A DNA stretch of 64,000 bases from an uncultured Desulfuromonas sp. (GCA_964508035.1 CAZDRL010000002.1:20828-84827); one strand, 5' to 3'. Positions 19,084 through 29,071 are shown, numbered from the stretch's first letter. Program-made: numbers and translations. Notes: a model not told the origin generated them from the letters alone.

Positions 19084-20280
19084 ATGACACCTGTAAAGAC
19101 ACACGTAAAAGGGTTCAGTTTCGCGGTTGCCAACGCGGGGATAAAACAAAGCGAACGCCCCGACTGCGGTCTTATTTATTCCGATGTGCCTGCCACCTGC
19201 GCCGGGGTGTTTACCCGCAACAAAGTGGTGGCCGCGCCCCTGCAGATTACGCGCCCGCGGATACGTGCAGGCAAATGCCAAGCGGTTCTAATCAACAGTG
19301 GCAATGCGAATGCGTGCACTGGAACCCAGGGGTTGAACACCGCACAGCGCAACGGCAATACCCTTGCTGCAGCGTTAGAGATTGCAGAGGATCTGGTTGC
19401 CCTTGCTTCCACCGGAGTTATCGGAGTGCAGCTTCCGGGTGAGCGCCTGGATGCGGTGATACCGCAACTGGTGCGCACGCGCTCCGCTGCAAAGGCAGAG
19501 GCGGTGGCTGAAGCGATCATGACTACTGATCAATTCAGTAAGGTTTCTGTCGCATCACTACAGGCTGCGCAGCAGCATGGCACGCTCCTCGGGATAGCCA
19601 AGGGTGCGGGAATGATCCATCCCAACATGGCTACCATGCTCGGATTTGTAGTTACCGATGCCAGGGTGGGGGCAGAATTGCTCCAGCAGAGTTTGAGTAT
19701 TGCGGTGGAGCAGTCGTTCAACTCCATAACTGTGGATGGGGATACCTCCACCAACGATATGGTGTTGGTGATGGCCAACGGGCAGGCAGGGGATGTGGAG
19801 ATTGTTCCCGGTAGTGCTGGCGCAGAAGATTTTCAGCTTCAGCTCAATAAGGTTCTGCTCGATCTGGCGAAGATGATCGTGCGTGACGGCGAAGGTGCTA
19901 CCAAAGTGGTGCAGATCCATGTGCAGGGGGCGCGCAGCACAACCGAGGCGAAGGAAGCGGCACGCAGTGTAGCAACCTCAAACTTGGTGAAGACGGCGTT
20001 TTTTGGTGAGGACGCCAACTGGGGGAGGATCATAGCAGCCCTGGGTTACTCCGATGCAGAGGTGGATGCGGACAAGGTGGATATCTGGTTTGATCAGATT
20101 CAGGTGGTTAGCAACGGTCTGAGTACTGGTCCGGAGCAGGAGGCGTTAGCGACTGAGGTGCTGCAGAATAAGGAGTTCTGCGTTACCCTCGATCTGCATC
20201 TGGGGCAGGGGAGCAGCGCCTACTACACTTCCGACTTGACGTACGAATACGTCAAGATTAATGCAGACTACCGTACCTGA
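19084..20280 (+). CDS. argJ: Bifunctional ornithine acetyltransferase / N-acetylglutamate synthase
   Basis: 398 aa from ATG 19084. Autoproteolysis site PNMATMLGFVVTDA. The ORF-track start at 18946 overlaps secA and is an upstream extension. Confidence 0.9.
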   Translation: MTPVKTHVKGFSFAVANAGIKQSERPDCGLIYSDVPATCAGVFTRNKVVAAPLQITRPRIRAGKCQAVLINSGNANACTGTQGLNTAQRNGNTLAAALEIAEDLVALASTGVIGVQLPGERLDAVIPQLVRTRSAAKAEAVAEAIMTTDQFSKVSVASLQAAQQHGTLLGIAKGAGMIHPNMATMLGFVVTDARVGAELLQQSLSIAVEQSFNSITVDGDTSTNDMVLVMANGQAGDVEIVPGSAGAEDFQLQLNKVLLDLAKMIVRDGEGATKVVQIHVQGARSTTEAKEAARSVATSNLVKTAFFGEDANWGRIIAALGYSDAEVDADKVDIWFDQIQVVSNGLSTGPEQEALATEVLQNKEFCVTLDLHLGQGSSAYYTSDLTYEYVKINADYRT

Positions 20281-20963
20281 TGTCTGCGGTGCTGGATTGT
20301 CCTCCAAGTTTTATTATCGAGCACACCCTGCTTAGCCCCGCCGCGCAGAAAAAACAGATTATGCGCGTATGTGAGGAGGCGGTTGAATACGGTTTTGCTG
20401 CAGTATGCATCCCCCCGGTGTATGTGCCTCTAGCGGCAAAACAAGTGTATGGCAGCGATGTGCGGGTGTGTACCGTGATAGGATTTCCTGCCGGTTTTGA
20501 ATGCACTTCCACTAAAGTTTTTGCAGCGCAACAGGCGCTGCAGGGCGGCGCGCAGGAGCTCGATGTGGTGGTGCAGCAAGGGTGGATTCAAGATGAGCGC
20601 TATGCCGATATCGAGGCTGAAATTCGCCAGATAAAGGATGTGTGTGGTTCTGTTCCCCTAAAAGTTATCATCGAGTGCTGTAATCTGAACCCTGCACAGA
20701 AGCGACTTGCGGCGCTAAGTGTTGCCAACGCTGGGGCAGATTACGTCAAAACCTCTAGCGGTACCGCAGCAGGTGGTGCGACCGTTGCTGATGTGGAGTT
20801 GCTCCACGCCGCAGTTGGAGAACGTATCAAGATTAAGGCCGCAGGAGGGATTCGTACCCTAGAGCAACTTCAGGATATGTATCGTGCCGGAGCATCGCGA
20901 GTTGGTACCAGCTGTGCTCTCGACATTGTGGCGCAGTGGCTAAAAGCTGATAGTCAGGTGTAA
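20280..20963 (+). CDS. deoC: Deoxyribose-phosphate aldolase
   Basis: 227 aa. Class I aldolase pattern (IEHTLL, LKVIIE, YVKTSSG, KAAGGIRT). The start overlaps the argJ stop by 1 nt. Confidence 0.9.
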   Translation: MSAVLDCPPSFIIEHTLLSPAAQKKQIMRVCEEAVEYGFAAVCIPPVYVPLAAKQVYGSDVRVCTVIGFPAGFECTSTKVFAAQQALQGGAQELDVVVQQGWIQDERYADIEAEIRQIKDVCGSVPLKVIIECCNLNPAQKRLAALSVANAGADYVKTSSGTAAGGATVADVELLHAAVGERIKIKAAGGIRTLEQLQDMYRAGASRVGTSCALDIVAQWLKADSQV

Positions 20964-20965
20964 GG

Positions 20966-22171
20966 ATGCTCGAATTTCAACGTGTTGTGCTGCTGGTGCT
21001 TGACGGAGTGGGGTGTGGTGCGCTCCCCGATGCAGAGATGTATGACGATGGAGGTGCCAATACCCTGGGGAATATAGGGACAGTAGCAGGACCGTTGAAC
21101 CTCCCCACCCTGGAGCGGATGGGGCTGGGGCATATAACTACAATCGCGGGAGTGCCTGCATGTGCAAAGCCTCAGGCTGCATGGGGGCGGATGGCAGAAC
21201 GTTCCGCTGCCAAAGACAGCACCACGGGGCACTGGGAGATAGCCGGGGTGGTAATGCCGGAGCCGTTTCGTGTATATGCCGATGGGTTCCCGGCGGAAAT
21301 TATCCGCTCTTTCACCCACATTGCAGGGGTCGAACCTTTGGGGAATATCCCCGCTAGCGGCACCGAGATTATTCAGCGCCTGGGGCCGAAGCATGTACGC
21401 AGTGGGCGCCCGATCGTATATACCAGTACCGACTCGGTGTTTCAGATCGCCGCACATGAAGATGTGATCCCCGTAGCGCAGCTCTACGCTATCTGTACAA
21501 AAATGCGCGCTGTGTTGGATCGATACAGGGTGGGGCGGGTGATCGCGCGCCCCTTTACCGGTAACGCCCAGGATGGGTTCGTGCGCACCAGCAGGCGGCG
21601 CGATTTTTCCATGCCGCCGCCCCAGTTAACCGTGCTCGACCTGTTGCAGGAACACAACATCGAAGTATGTGCAGTTGGGAAAATCTCTGACATCTTCTGT
21701 GCGCGGGGGATCGACACCCACGTTTGCACCACGAGCAATGCCGAAGGGATGGAAGCGACACAGGCGTTATTGCAGCAGATGGAACGCGGCCTGATATTTA
21801 CTAATCTGATCGATTTCGACATGGGCTACGGTCATCGGCGTGACAGCATAGGCTTTGCGGCTGCTCTGCAGGAGTTTGACATATGGCTTGGAGGCTTTTT
21901 GTCTCAGTTGCGCGCCAGTGATCTCCTTATCATCAGCGCAGATCATGGTTGCGACCCCACCATGCCGGGGAGTGATCATACGCGAGAATACGTGCCGTTG
22001 CTGGTATACACTCCACGTTTTCGCACGGGGTTAGACTTGGGGGAGCGCACAAGTTTTGCAGATATAGGCGCAACCATACTGCAAAACTTTGCCTTGCGTG
22101 GTAGTATTGGGACCAGTTTTCTGCCACATTTGGATGCCCGCAAGCATGGGCATGGCGATGGGAATAAATAA
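20966..22171 (+). CDS. deoB: Phosphopentomutase
   Basis: 401 aa. N-terminal VLLVLDGVGCGALPDA...GANTLGNI and C-terminal SADHGCDPT motifs. Confidence 0.9.
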   Translation: MLEFQRVVLLVLDGVGCGALPDAEMYDDGGANTLGNIGTVAGPLNLPTLERMGLGHITTIAGVPACAKPQAAWGRMAERSAAKDSTTGHWEIAGVVMPEPFRVYADGFPAEIIRSFTHIAGVEPLGNIPASGTEIIQRLGPKHVRSGRPIVYTSTDSVFQIAAHEDVIPVAQLYAICTKMRAVLDRYRVGRVIARPFTGNAQDGFVRTSRRRDFSMPPPQLTVLDLLQEHNIEVCAVGKISDIFCARGIDTHVCTTSNAEGMEATQALLQQMERGLIFTNLIDFDMGYGHRRDSIGFAAALQEFDIWLGGFLSQLRASDLLIISADHGCDPTMPGSDHTREYVPLLVYTPRFRTGLDLGERTSFADIGATILQNFALRGSIGTSFLPHLDARKHGHGDGNK

Positions 22172-22266
22172 GAATATTTCAGGTCAGCAGATAGAGCTTC
22201 TTGCTTCGGGCACTCGTTCTTCCGCCTGGCCTCAAGTGCAACCCATTCTATATAAAGGGTAATTAA

Positions 22267-22647
22267 ATGAAGCAGTGGATATATGCGTGTTTATTCGCTA
22301 TGTTGATACTCCCAGGCAATCTGCACGCTTTAGAGATAGCCGATGCGGCCATCACCAGTAGCATAGTTAACCGCAACGCAGTCGATTCTCTGAACACGGT
22401 GAAAGGTCCTGTCGACCAATTGTTCTGTTTCACCCGTGTGGTAGATGCGCAGGAAGATACTTGGATCACCCATGTCTGGTATTACGAAGGTAAGGAGATG
22501 GCACGCGTGCGCTTGGCAGTATCCTCTTCCAACTGGAGAACTTGGTCCTCGAAGAAGATTTTGCCCGAGTGGGTGGGGCAGTGGCAGGTGCATATCCTTG
22601 ACGAGCTTGGCAAAGCCAGACTTATTGTGCCGTTTATGATTGAGTAG
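22267..22647 (+). CDS. Secreted DUF2914-like protein
   Basis: 126 aa. Signal peptide ...LPGNLHA. Pattern ...LFCFTRV...THVWYYEGKE...WRTWSSK...GQWQV.. matches the DUF2914 family as I remember it. Confidence 0.55.
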   Translation: MKQWIYACLFAMLILPGNLHALEIADAAITSSIVNRNAVDSLNTVKGPVDQLFCFTRVVDAQEDTWITHVWYYEGKEMARVRLAVSSSNWRTWSSKKILPEWVGQWQVHILDELGKARLIVPFMIE

Positions 22648-22764
22648 CGCGAAACTGTATTTTATACATATAAATTACTCTACGGGTGGTTATAATTTTT
22701 GCAACTATGTGGGCAGCTTGTCTGCAGATAGCACTGCCCTGAACAGGGAACTCAGGAGGTTTTG

Positions 22765-24048
22765 ATGGGAAAACAGCTGTTGCTGGCAGATGACAGTGTT
22801 ACGATCCAGAAGGTCGTAGAGATAACATTTGCGGATAAAGATTACGAAATTGTCCTGACCGGTAATGGCGATGAGGCCCTGCAGGCGGCGCAAAACAGGC
22901 GTCCTGATCTTGTCCTTGCTGATGTTTTTATGCCGGGGCTGGATGGCTATCAGCTGTGTGAACGGCTGAAAAGTGATCCAAATCTCGCCAGCGTACCTGT
23001 ATTATTACTCGCCGGAACATTCGAACCCTTTGATGAAGAGCGCGCGACTCAGGTGGGTGCTGTAGGGTGGGTCCCAAAACCATTTACATCACAGGCTCTG
23101 ATTGACAAGGTTGAGCAAACGCTGGCCGAAGCGGCGGAGCAGGCTCCGCAATGGCAGGCAACCCCGGGCAAAAGCCCCGATGAGAGTCTCCTCGACGCGT
23201 TTGAACAGGTGGCTGCCACCGAATTTGGCAGTGGACGCAGTGATGATGTGGTTCCGCTAGATACTGAAGTTACAACACCATTGCGGGAGGAGGAACCCCT
23301 CTCTTTCGTGCAAGATTCTAGCGCTGCGGTTGAGGCACACGCGGCAGCAGATTTTGCAACCGGAGGGCGGGAAGACTTTAGTTTTGAAGAGCTGGCTTCT
23401 ACCCAGGCAACTGAGGAGCCATTGCAGACATCTCTGACGCAGGAAGAGCCAGCATCTCCAGTCCAGGATGCGCCTGAGGTGGATGAAACCCCACCTCTTC
23501 CCCCCGCCGATTTCAGTTTTGCCCCTGTAGAGGAGGAGCCAGCGCCAGCACCCCCTGCACCAGTCCCCCCTGCAGTAGAAGTTCCCCCCGATCCTTTTGC
23601 CGCGGACGAGCAACTCACAGACGCTCCCTTCAGTGCAGATGCAACATTTGAAACGGCGGAATTTCCTTCTGGCGCAGAGATTGATGCGGCAGACGCTGAA
23701 CCTGAATTGCCGAGTCTCAGCGAGTTTACCGCCCCCGTCCCACCGGTCGATGTTGCGCCACAAACCGATTCTACCCCTGCAGGAACTGAAATAATTGATC
23801 TACGCGCGGACCAGATTGTCGCTGAAGGGAAGTATGCCGCCACCAAGCCTCGCGTTGAAGCACGGGCAGCATACTTGAGCGATGCTGAATTGGAACGTTT
23901 AGTAGAGCGCGTTGCCGGTGCTGTAATTGAGCGCCTGGCTAACCCCATATTGGAAAAAGTGGTATGGGAAGTGGTGCCAGATCTGGCTGAGGGGATGATC
24001 CGCGAAGAGATGGAAAAGATAAAACAGTACGCCGATTCCGGCACCTGA
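22765..24048 (+). CDS. CheY-like response regulator receiver fused to an acidic Pro/Glu-rich linker and a conserved C-terminal helical domain
   Basis: ATG 22765 follows AGGAGG (22754-22759). The receiver has LLLADDS...DLVLADVFMPGLDG...KPF. About 200 aa are E/P/A/D/T-rich with repeated DFSF-like motifs. The C-terminus is ...ILEKVVWEVVPDLAEGMIREEMEKIKQ. Confidence 0.8.
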   Translation: MGKQLLLADDSVTIQKVVEITFADKDYEIVLTGNGDEALQAAQNRRPDLVLADVFMPGLDGYQLCERLKSDPNLASVPVLLLAGTFEPFDEERATQVGAVGWVPKPFTSQALIDKVEQTLAEAAEQAPQWQATPGKSPDESLLDAFEQVAATEFGSGRSDDVVPLDTEVTTPLREEEPLSFVQDSSAAVEAHAAADFATGGREDFSFEELASTQATEEPLQTSLTQEEPASPVQDAPEVDETPPLPPADFSFAPVEEEPAPAPPAPVPPAVEVPPDPFAADEQLTDAPFSADATFETAEFPSGAEIDAADAEPELPSLSEFTAPVPPVDVAPQTDSTPAGTEIIDLRADQIVAEGKYAATKPRVEARAAYLSDAELERLVERVAGAVIERLANPILEKVVWEVVPDLAEGMIREEMEKIKQYADSGT

Positions 24049-24076
24049 ACAGGTTTATGTGCCACTGATTGATGTC

Positions 24077-24107
24077 AAAAAAGGGGATTGCGTAAATCCC
24101 CTTTTTT
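24077..24107 (+). terminator. Rho-independent terminator after the response regulator gene
   Basis: aaaaaaggggatt-gcgta-aatcccctttttt. The stem ggggatt/aatcccc is followed by T6. Confidence 0.75.
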
Positions 24108-24266
24108 GCCTCAACCCAGCGTAAAAAAGCGATAGTCTATATTTTATTTTTAGTACCTGCGCCCTGGCTGCATTCGATGTTTATCCCAAGCATAAAGACA
24201 ATTGCGTGGATAAACATTTTTGTTTTTGCACAGTAGGGGCGCATATTTCAAGAAAGTGAACACACC

Positions 24267-26927
24267 ATGGCAGACGAGTTAGCAAAAGGATACGAACCGC
24301 ACGATTTTGAACAGAAATGGTATCAGCGTTGGGAGCAAAATGGCTATTTTCATGCGGATGAAAATTCCGACAAGCCTGCGTATTCCATTGTAATCCCTCC
24401 GCCCAATGTCACCGGAGTGCTGCACATGGGGCATGCGCTCAACAACACCCTGCAAGATATCTTGGCGCGCTGGAAGCGGATGTGCGGTTACGAAGTTCTT
24501 TGGATGCCTGGTACCGACCATGCTGGAATTGCGACTCAGAACGTAGTGGAAAAACAACTCAGTGACGAAGGTCAAGATCGCCACGATATTGGACGCGCTG
24601 CCTTTGTGGAACGCGTGTGGCAGTGGCGCGAAGAGTCTGGCGGTAAAATAATCAATCAACTCAAGCGCCTTGGGGCTTCGTGTGATTGGGAGCGTGAACG
24701 CTTCACTATGGATGAAGGGTTAAGTACGGCGGTACGCGAGGTGTTTGTCAGCCTGTACGAAGATGGGCTTATCTATCGCGATAATCGTCTCATCAACTGG
24801 TGCCCCCGCTGCCACACGGCGTTGTCCGATCTTGAAGTGGAACATGAGGAGCAAAAAGGCAGTCTGTGGCATCTGCGCTATCCGGTAAAGGGAACTGACA
24901 CGGTGCTGGTGGTTGCCACCACCCGTCCCGAAACCATGCTCGGCGATACCGCCGTGGCAGTACATCCCGAGGATGAACGCTACGCTGATTTAGTGGGTAA
25001 AATGGTGGAATTGCCCCTCACCGGACGAGAAATCCCCATCATTGCCGATGAGTATGTGGATCTGGAGTTTGGCAGTGGTGCGGTGAAGATCACACCGGCG
25101 CACGATTTTAATGACTTTGAGATGGGCAAGCGCCACAACCTTGAAAATATCAATATTCTGGATCAGTCCGGCAATATAAACGAAAACGGCGGGGTCTATC
25201 AGGGGCTGGAGCGCTATGCTGCGCGCGCGAAAATAGTTGCGGATTTGGCTGCGCAGGGGCTCCTGGAAAAAACTGAAGAACATCCCAATGCTGTTGGTGA
25301 ATGTTACCGCTGTAAAACCGTCATTGAACCCTACATGAGCCTGCAGTGGTACGTGGATGTAAAGCCGCTGGCACAAGAGGCGATCAAGGCGGTGGAAAAT
25401 GGAACCACACGTATTGTCCCTGCCCATTGGGAAAAAACGTACTATGAATGGATGTACAACATTCAGGACTGGTGCATAAGCCGTCAGATATGGTGGGGAC
25501 ATCGCATCCCGGCATGGTATTGCGAAGAGTGCGGTGAAATAACCGTATCACGCGCCGACGCCAGCGAATGCAGCAAGTGCAACAGCACCAAACTGCGCCA
25601 GGAAACTGATGTGTTGGATACTTGGTTCTCCTCTGCCCTGTGGCCGTTCTCCACCATGGGGTGGCCGGAGAAGAACGCTGCGTTGCAGAAGTTTTATCCC
25701 ACCTCCTGCTTGGTAACGGGCTTCGATATTCTGTTTTTCTGGGTCGCACGCATGATGATGATGGGACTGAAATTCATGGGCGCAGCACCGTTCAAGGATG
25801 TGTATATCCATGCGCTAGTACGCGATGCCCAAGGGCAGAAGATGAGTAAGAGCAAGGGCAATGTGATTGACCCCCTCACCGTTATTGAAGAGTTCGGCAC
25901 CGATGCGTTTCGCCTCACCCTTGCCGCATTTGCGGCGCAGGGGCGCGATATCAAACTTTCCACCGAGCGTATCGGCGGCTATCGCAACTTCTGCAACAAA
26001 CTCTGGAACGCAAGCCGTTTTGCCCTCATGAATCTGGAGGACTTTACCCCCAAAGATCGCTCTAACTGGGAAGGGCTTAATCTGAGTCTCGCAGACCGCT
26101 GGATTCTTACACGCCTGGAGGCAGTGGAGCACGAAGCGAATACCGCGTTGGAGGAGTACCGCTTTAACGAGGCAGCCAACACCCTCTACGCCTTTACCTG
26201 GCATGAGTTCTGCGATTGGTACATTGAGTTGATTAAAGGGGCACTGTACGGTGACGATGCGAATGCGCGCTACGGTGCGCAGACCGTACTCTACACCGTG
26301 CTCGAACGGCTGCTGCGTCTGCTCCACCCCATAACTCCCTTTATCACAGAAGAGATCTGGCAGAACATCCCTGGCAAGCGTCCGGTGCCCTCCATCATGC
26401 TCAGCACCTATCCGCAAGGTGCCGGACTCCTGCATGATTCCGACGCCGTTGCAGCCATGGAGCAAGTTATGGATGTAATCCGCGCTATCCGCAATATTCG
26501 CGGCGAGATGGATGTTGCTCCAGGTAAAAAGATCACCGCTTTGCTCGAGTGTAAAAATCAGACCATTTGCGACCTGATGCACGCGGCTACACCCTACATC
26601 AAAGCGCTGGCACGCGTAGAAGATCTGACCTGTGCAGTTAAACTGGAGCAACCCGCGCAAGTAGCAAAACAGGTGGCGGGGGAGGTGGAAATCCTTCTCC
26701 CTCTTGCTGGACTCATTGATGTCGCAGAAGAGGAAAAGCGCCTCAATAAAGAGATAGCCAAGGTGCAAAAAGATGTAGATATGTTCAGTAAAAAACTCTC
26801 AAACGAGAAATTTGTCGCGAATGCACCTGCGCAAGTGCTGGAAAAAGATCGAGGCAAATTGGTTGCAGCACAGGAAAAGCTCCAGGTTCTGCAGGCAAGT
26901 TTAGCGAAGATTGTGGCATTGAAGTAG
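24267..26927 (+). CDS. valS: Valine--tRNA ligase
   Basis: 886 aa. HIGH-type motif (LHMGHAL), KMSKS, and a C-terminal coiled-coil. Confidence 0.97.
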   Translation: MADELAKGYEPHDFEQKWYQRWEQNGYFHADENSDKPAYSIVIPPPNVTGVLHMGHALNNTLQDILARWKRMCGYEVLWMPGTDHAGIATQNVVEKQLSDEGQDRHDIGRAAFVERVWQWREESGGKIINQLKRLGASCDWERERFTMDEGLSTAVREVFVSLYEDGLIYRDNRLINWCPRCHTALSDLEVEHEEQKGSLWHLRYPVKGTDTVLVVATTRPETMLGDTAVAVHPEDERYADLVGKMVELPLTGREIPIIADEYVDLEFGSGAVKITPAHDFNDFEMGKRHNLENINILDQSGNINENGGVYQGLERYAARAKIVADLAAQGLLEKTEEHPNAVGECYRCKTVIEPYMSLQWYVDVKPLAQEAIKAVENGTTRIVPAHWEKTYYEWMYNIQDWCISRQIWWGHRIPAWYCEECGEITVSRADASECSKCNSTKLRQETDVLDTWFSSALWPFSTMGWPEKNAALQKFYPTSCLVTGFDILFFWVARMMMMGLKFMGAAPFKDVYIHALVRDAQGQKMSKSKGNVIDPLTVIEEFGTDAFRLTLAAFAAQGRDIKLSTERIGGYRNFCNKLWNASRFALMNLEDFTPKDRSNWEGLNLSLADRWILTRLEAVEHEANTALEEYRFNEAANTLYAFTWHEFCDWYIELIKGALYGDDANARYGAQTVLYTVLERLLRLLHPITPFITEEIWQNIPGKRPVPSIMLSTYPQGAGLLHDSDAVAAMEQVMDVIRAIRNIRGEMDVAPGKKITALLECKNQTICDLMHAATPYIKALARVEDLTCAVKLEQPAQVAKQVAGEVEILLPLAGLIDVAEEEKRLNKEIAKVQKDVDMFSKKLSNEKFVANAPAQVLEKDRGKLVAAQEKLQVLQASLAKIVALK

Positions 26928-27088
26928 GTACTCCTCACTGTGGAGTTTAAACGTAACTTTTCAATAACGGCTTGTGGAGCCGATTTCAAGGGGCACAACA
27001 AGCCCCCACTGTTTAGTGAATGACGAATAGTTATAAAATATTGCAGATATCGGTATGGCCCACAAGCATCATCACATAGGGGGACGCT

Positions 27089-27580
27089 ATGAACACAGCA
27101 CCGGAAATTGGTACAGTTGCACTCGACTTTTCTGTTACCGATATTGAGGGAAAAAACATCACCTTGGCACAGTACCGTGGCGAAAAGGCGGTGCTGTTGG
27201 TGCTCAATCGCGGCTTCAAATGACCATTCTGCCGTCGGCACATGACGCAGTTGCGTCGCCACGCAGAGGAATTTTCAGCTTTGGATATTGAGGTGTTGAT
27301 TGTCGGCCCGGAACAGGCGCAAAGCTTTGCCACCTATTGGGAAAAAGCTGAGCTGGATGGAGCAGCATACCCCTTTGTTGGGATTCCAGACCCGGAAGAA
27401 CAGATACTTAAGTTATATGCCCAACCAAAACGCTTGCTACGGCTGGGGCGGATGCCCATGCAGGTGCTGATCGATAACACTGGGGTGGTGCGCTGGAAAT
27501 ATATTGGATCTTCCATGGCAGATATTCCGGACATGGAAGAAGTGCTGCAGCAATGCCGCATATTGAAGGGTGGGGGCTAA
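27089..27580 (+). CDS. Peroxiredoxin-like (AhpC/TSA-redoxin family) thiol:disulfide oxidoreductase, predicted selenoprotein with Sec (TGA 27221-27223) in a UxxC motif
   Basis: ATG 27089 follows AGGGGGA. The 44 codons before the TGA read MNTAPEIGTVALDFSVTDIEGKNITLAQYRGEKAVLLVLNRGFK, a typical redoxin N-terminus. The TGA is in frame with the downstream ORF 27242-27580. The context GFK-U-PFC corresponds to the RGxWCPxC active site. A hairpin follows. Confidence 0.7.
27229..27266 (+). other. Candidate bacterial SECIS element
   Basis: The hairpin starts 5 nt after the UGA. Helices are ctg/cag, cgt/acg, ggc/gcc and gacgc/gcgtc, with bulges on the 5' arm only. The apical loop AGUU at 27249-27252 contains GU and lies 25 nt after the UGA. 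Confidence 0.5.
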
Positions 27581-27679
27581 TAATTATCGCGGGGGAGAGA
27601 GGTGGCCTGTTTGTTTTCTCTTCTGCTTCAGCGTCTCCGGGTGTGGCGTGACTCTCGCCTCGGCAGGTAAAACAAATAC

Positions 27680-27726
27680 AAAAGGCGGCACCAACTTCGT
27701 GTTAACGAAGCCGGTGCCGCCTTTTT
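27680..27726. terminator. Bidirectional rho-independent terminator between the redoxin gene and rhlE
   Basis: AAAA-ggcggcacc-aa-cttcgt-gtta-acgaag-cc-ggtgccgcc-TTTTT. This is a two-tier perfect stem flanked by A- and T-runs. Confidence 0.75.
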
Positions 27727-27757
27727 ATATTGCCGAAGCTATGCCGTGGCGCTGTGT

Positions 27758-29071
27758 TTAGACACTCGCGTGGCGGCTCTGGCTGCGCCCTGAACTCTGG
27801 TTGCCTCTGAATCCACTGCGGCTGTTTTGTTTACGTGCGCCAGAATTATTATCGTTCTGGCGTCCATTTCGATCCCGGTTTTGACTTCTGTTTCTGCCAT
27901 TGTTTCCAGGTTTTGCTGCAGCGCTACTTTCGCTGCTGCTGCGCTCATAGCCAGGAACGTGCTCGGTGGCTATTTTCTTTTGCAACAACCTTTCGATGGC
28001 GCGTAGCTGACCTGTTTCATCGCCGCCCACCAGGGAAATTGCCTGTCCAGAGTGCCCGGCGCGGCCGGTGCGACCAATGCGGTGCACGTAATCTTCCGGT
28101 ATGTTGGGAAGATCGTAGTTAACCACATACGGCAGCTGCTCTATATCGAGGCCGCGGGCAGCAATGTCGGTGGCTACCAGCACTCGTGCTTTGCCCGATT
28201 TGAAATCGGCTAGTGCTTTGGTGCGTGCGCCTTGACTTTTGTTCCCGTGGATTGCGGTGGAGCGGATACCATCTCGCTCCAATTGTTGCGCCAGGCGGTT
28301 AGAGCCGTGTTTGGTGCGGGCAAAAACCAAAACCTGTTGCCAGTTATGGGTACCAATGAGGTGGGAGAGCAGTTCACGCTTTCTCCCTTTGTCGATGGGG
28401 TACACTGTCTGGCTTACCTGCGCTGCTGCGGTATTGCGCTGCGCCACTTCAATCATGACAGGCTTGTGCAGTAATCTGTCAGCCAGGGTTTTAATTTCAT
28501 TGGAAAAAGTAGCGGAAAAGAGCAAGCTCTGACGTTTTTTAGGTAACAGTGCCAGAATTTTGCGGATATCGTGGATAAAACCCATATCCAGCATGCGGTC
28601 TGCTTCATCCAGGATTACGATCTCGACCTGAGATAAATCCAGGGTGCGCTGACTCACGTGATCAAGGAGGCGGCCGGGGGTGGCAATCACAATATCAACC
28701 CCTTTACGCAAGGCGTTGATTTGGGGACGGATGTTAACCCCGCCAAAGATTATGCTCGAACTCAGGGGCATATAGCGTCCATAGTTGGCAACACTTTCAC
28801 CAACCTGAGCTGCGAGCTCACGCGTGGGAGTGAGGATAAGGCCGCGTACTGCGCGCTTACCTTCGGGTTTGGTACTTTGATGGAGACGCTGCAGCAGCGG
28901 CAGGGCGAAACCAGCTGTTTTGCCGGTTCCGGTCTGGGCTCCGGCGAGGATGTCGCCACCAGCAAGTACTGCAGGGATAGCTTTTAGTTGAATAGGGGAG
29001 GGTTTGCTGTAGCCCATTTCGGCAACAGCACGCAACAGTTCGGCCTGTAGGCCGAGGGTGTCAAACGTCAT
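27758..29071 (-). CDS. rhlE: DEAD-box ATP-dependent RNA helicase (RhlE-like)
   Basis: 437 aa. Q-motif, [25 protein letters not shown], and a basic R/N/S/G-rich C-terminal tail. Confidence 0.9.
   Translation of the reverse strand: MTFDTLGLQAELLRAVAEMGYSKPSPIQLKAIPAVLAGGDILAGAQTGTGKTAGFALPLLQRLHQSTKPEGKRAVRGLILTPTRELAAQVGESVANYGRYMPLSSSIIFGGVNIRPQINALRKGVDIVIATPGRLLDHVSQRTLDLSQVEIVILDEADRMLDMGFIHDIRKILALLPKKRQSLLFSATFSNEIKTLADRLLHKPVMIEVAQRNTAAAQVSQTVYPIDKGRKRELLSHLIGTHNWQQVLVFARTKHGSNRLAQQLERDGIRSTAIHGNKSQGARTKALADFKSGKARVLVATDIAARGLDIEQLPYVVNYDLPNIPEDYVHRIGRTGRAGHSGQAISLVGGDETGQLRAIERLLQKKIATEHVPGYERSSSESSAAAKPGNNGRNRSQNRDRNGRQNDNNSGARKQNSRSGFRGNQSSGRSQSRHASV

Noticed and set aside
27221-27223. 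The in-frame TGA in the redoxin gene read as a nonsense mutation (pseudogene), or as the end of a separate 44-aa ORF.
   Set aside because: The stop falls exactly on the catalytic Cys codon of the family motif. Both flanks retain intact family-like sequence in one frame, and a SECIS-like hairpin follows. The pseudogene reading remains the alternative if the genome lacks Sec machinery.
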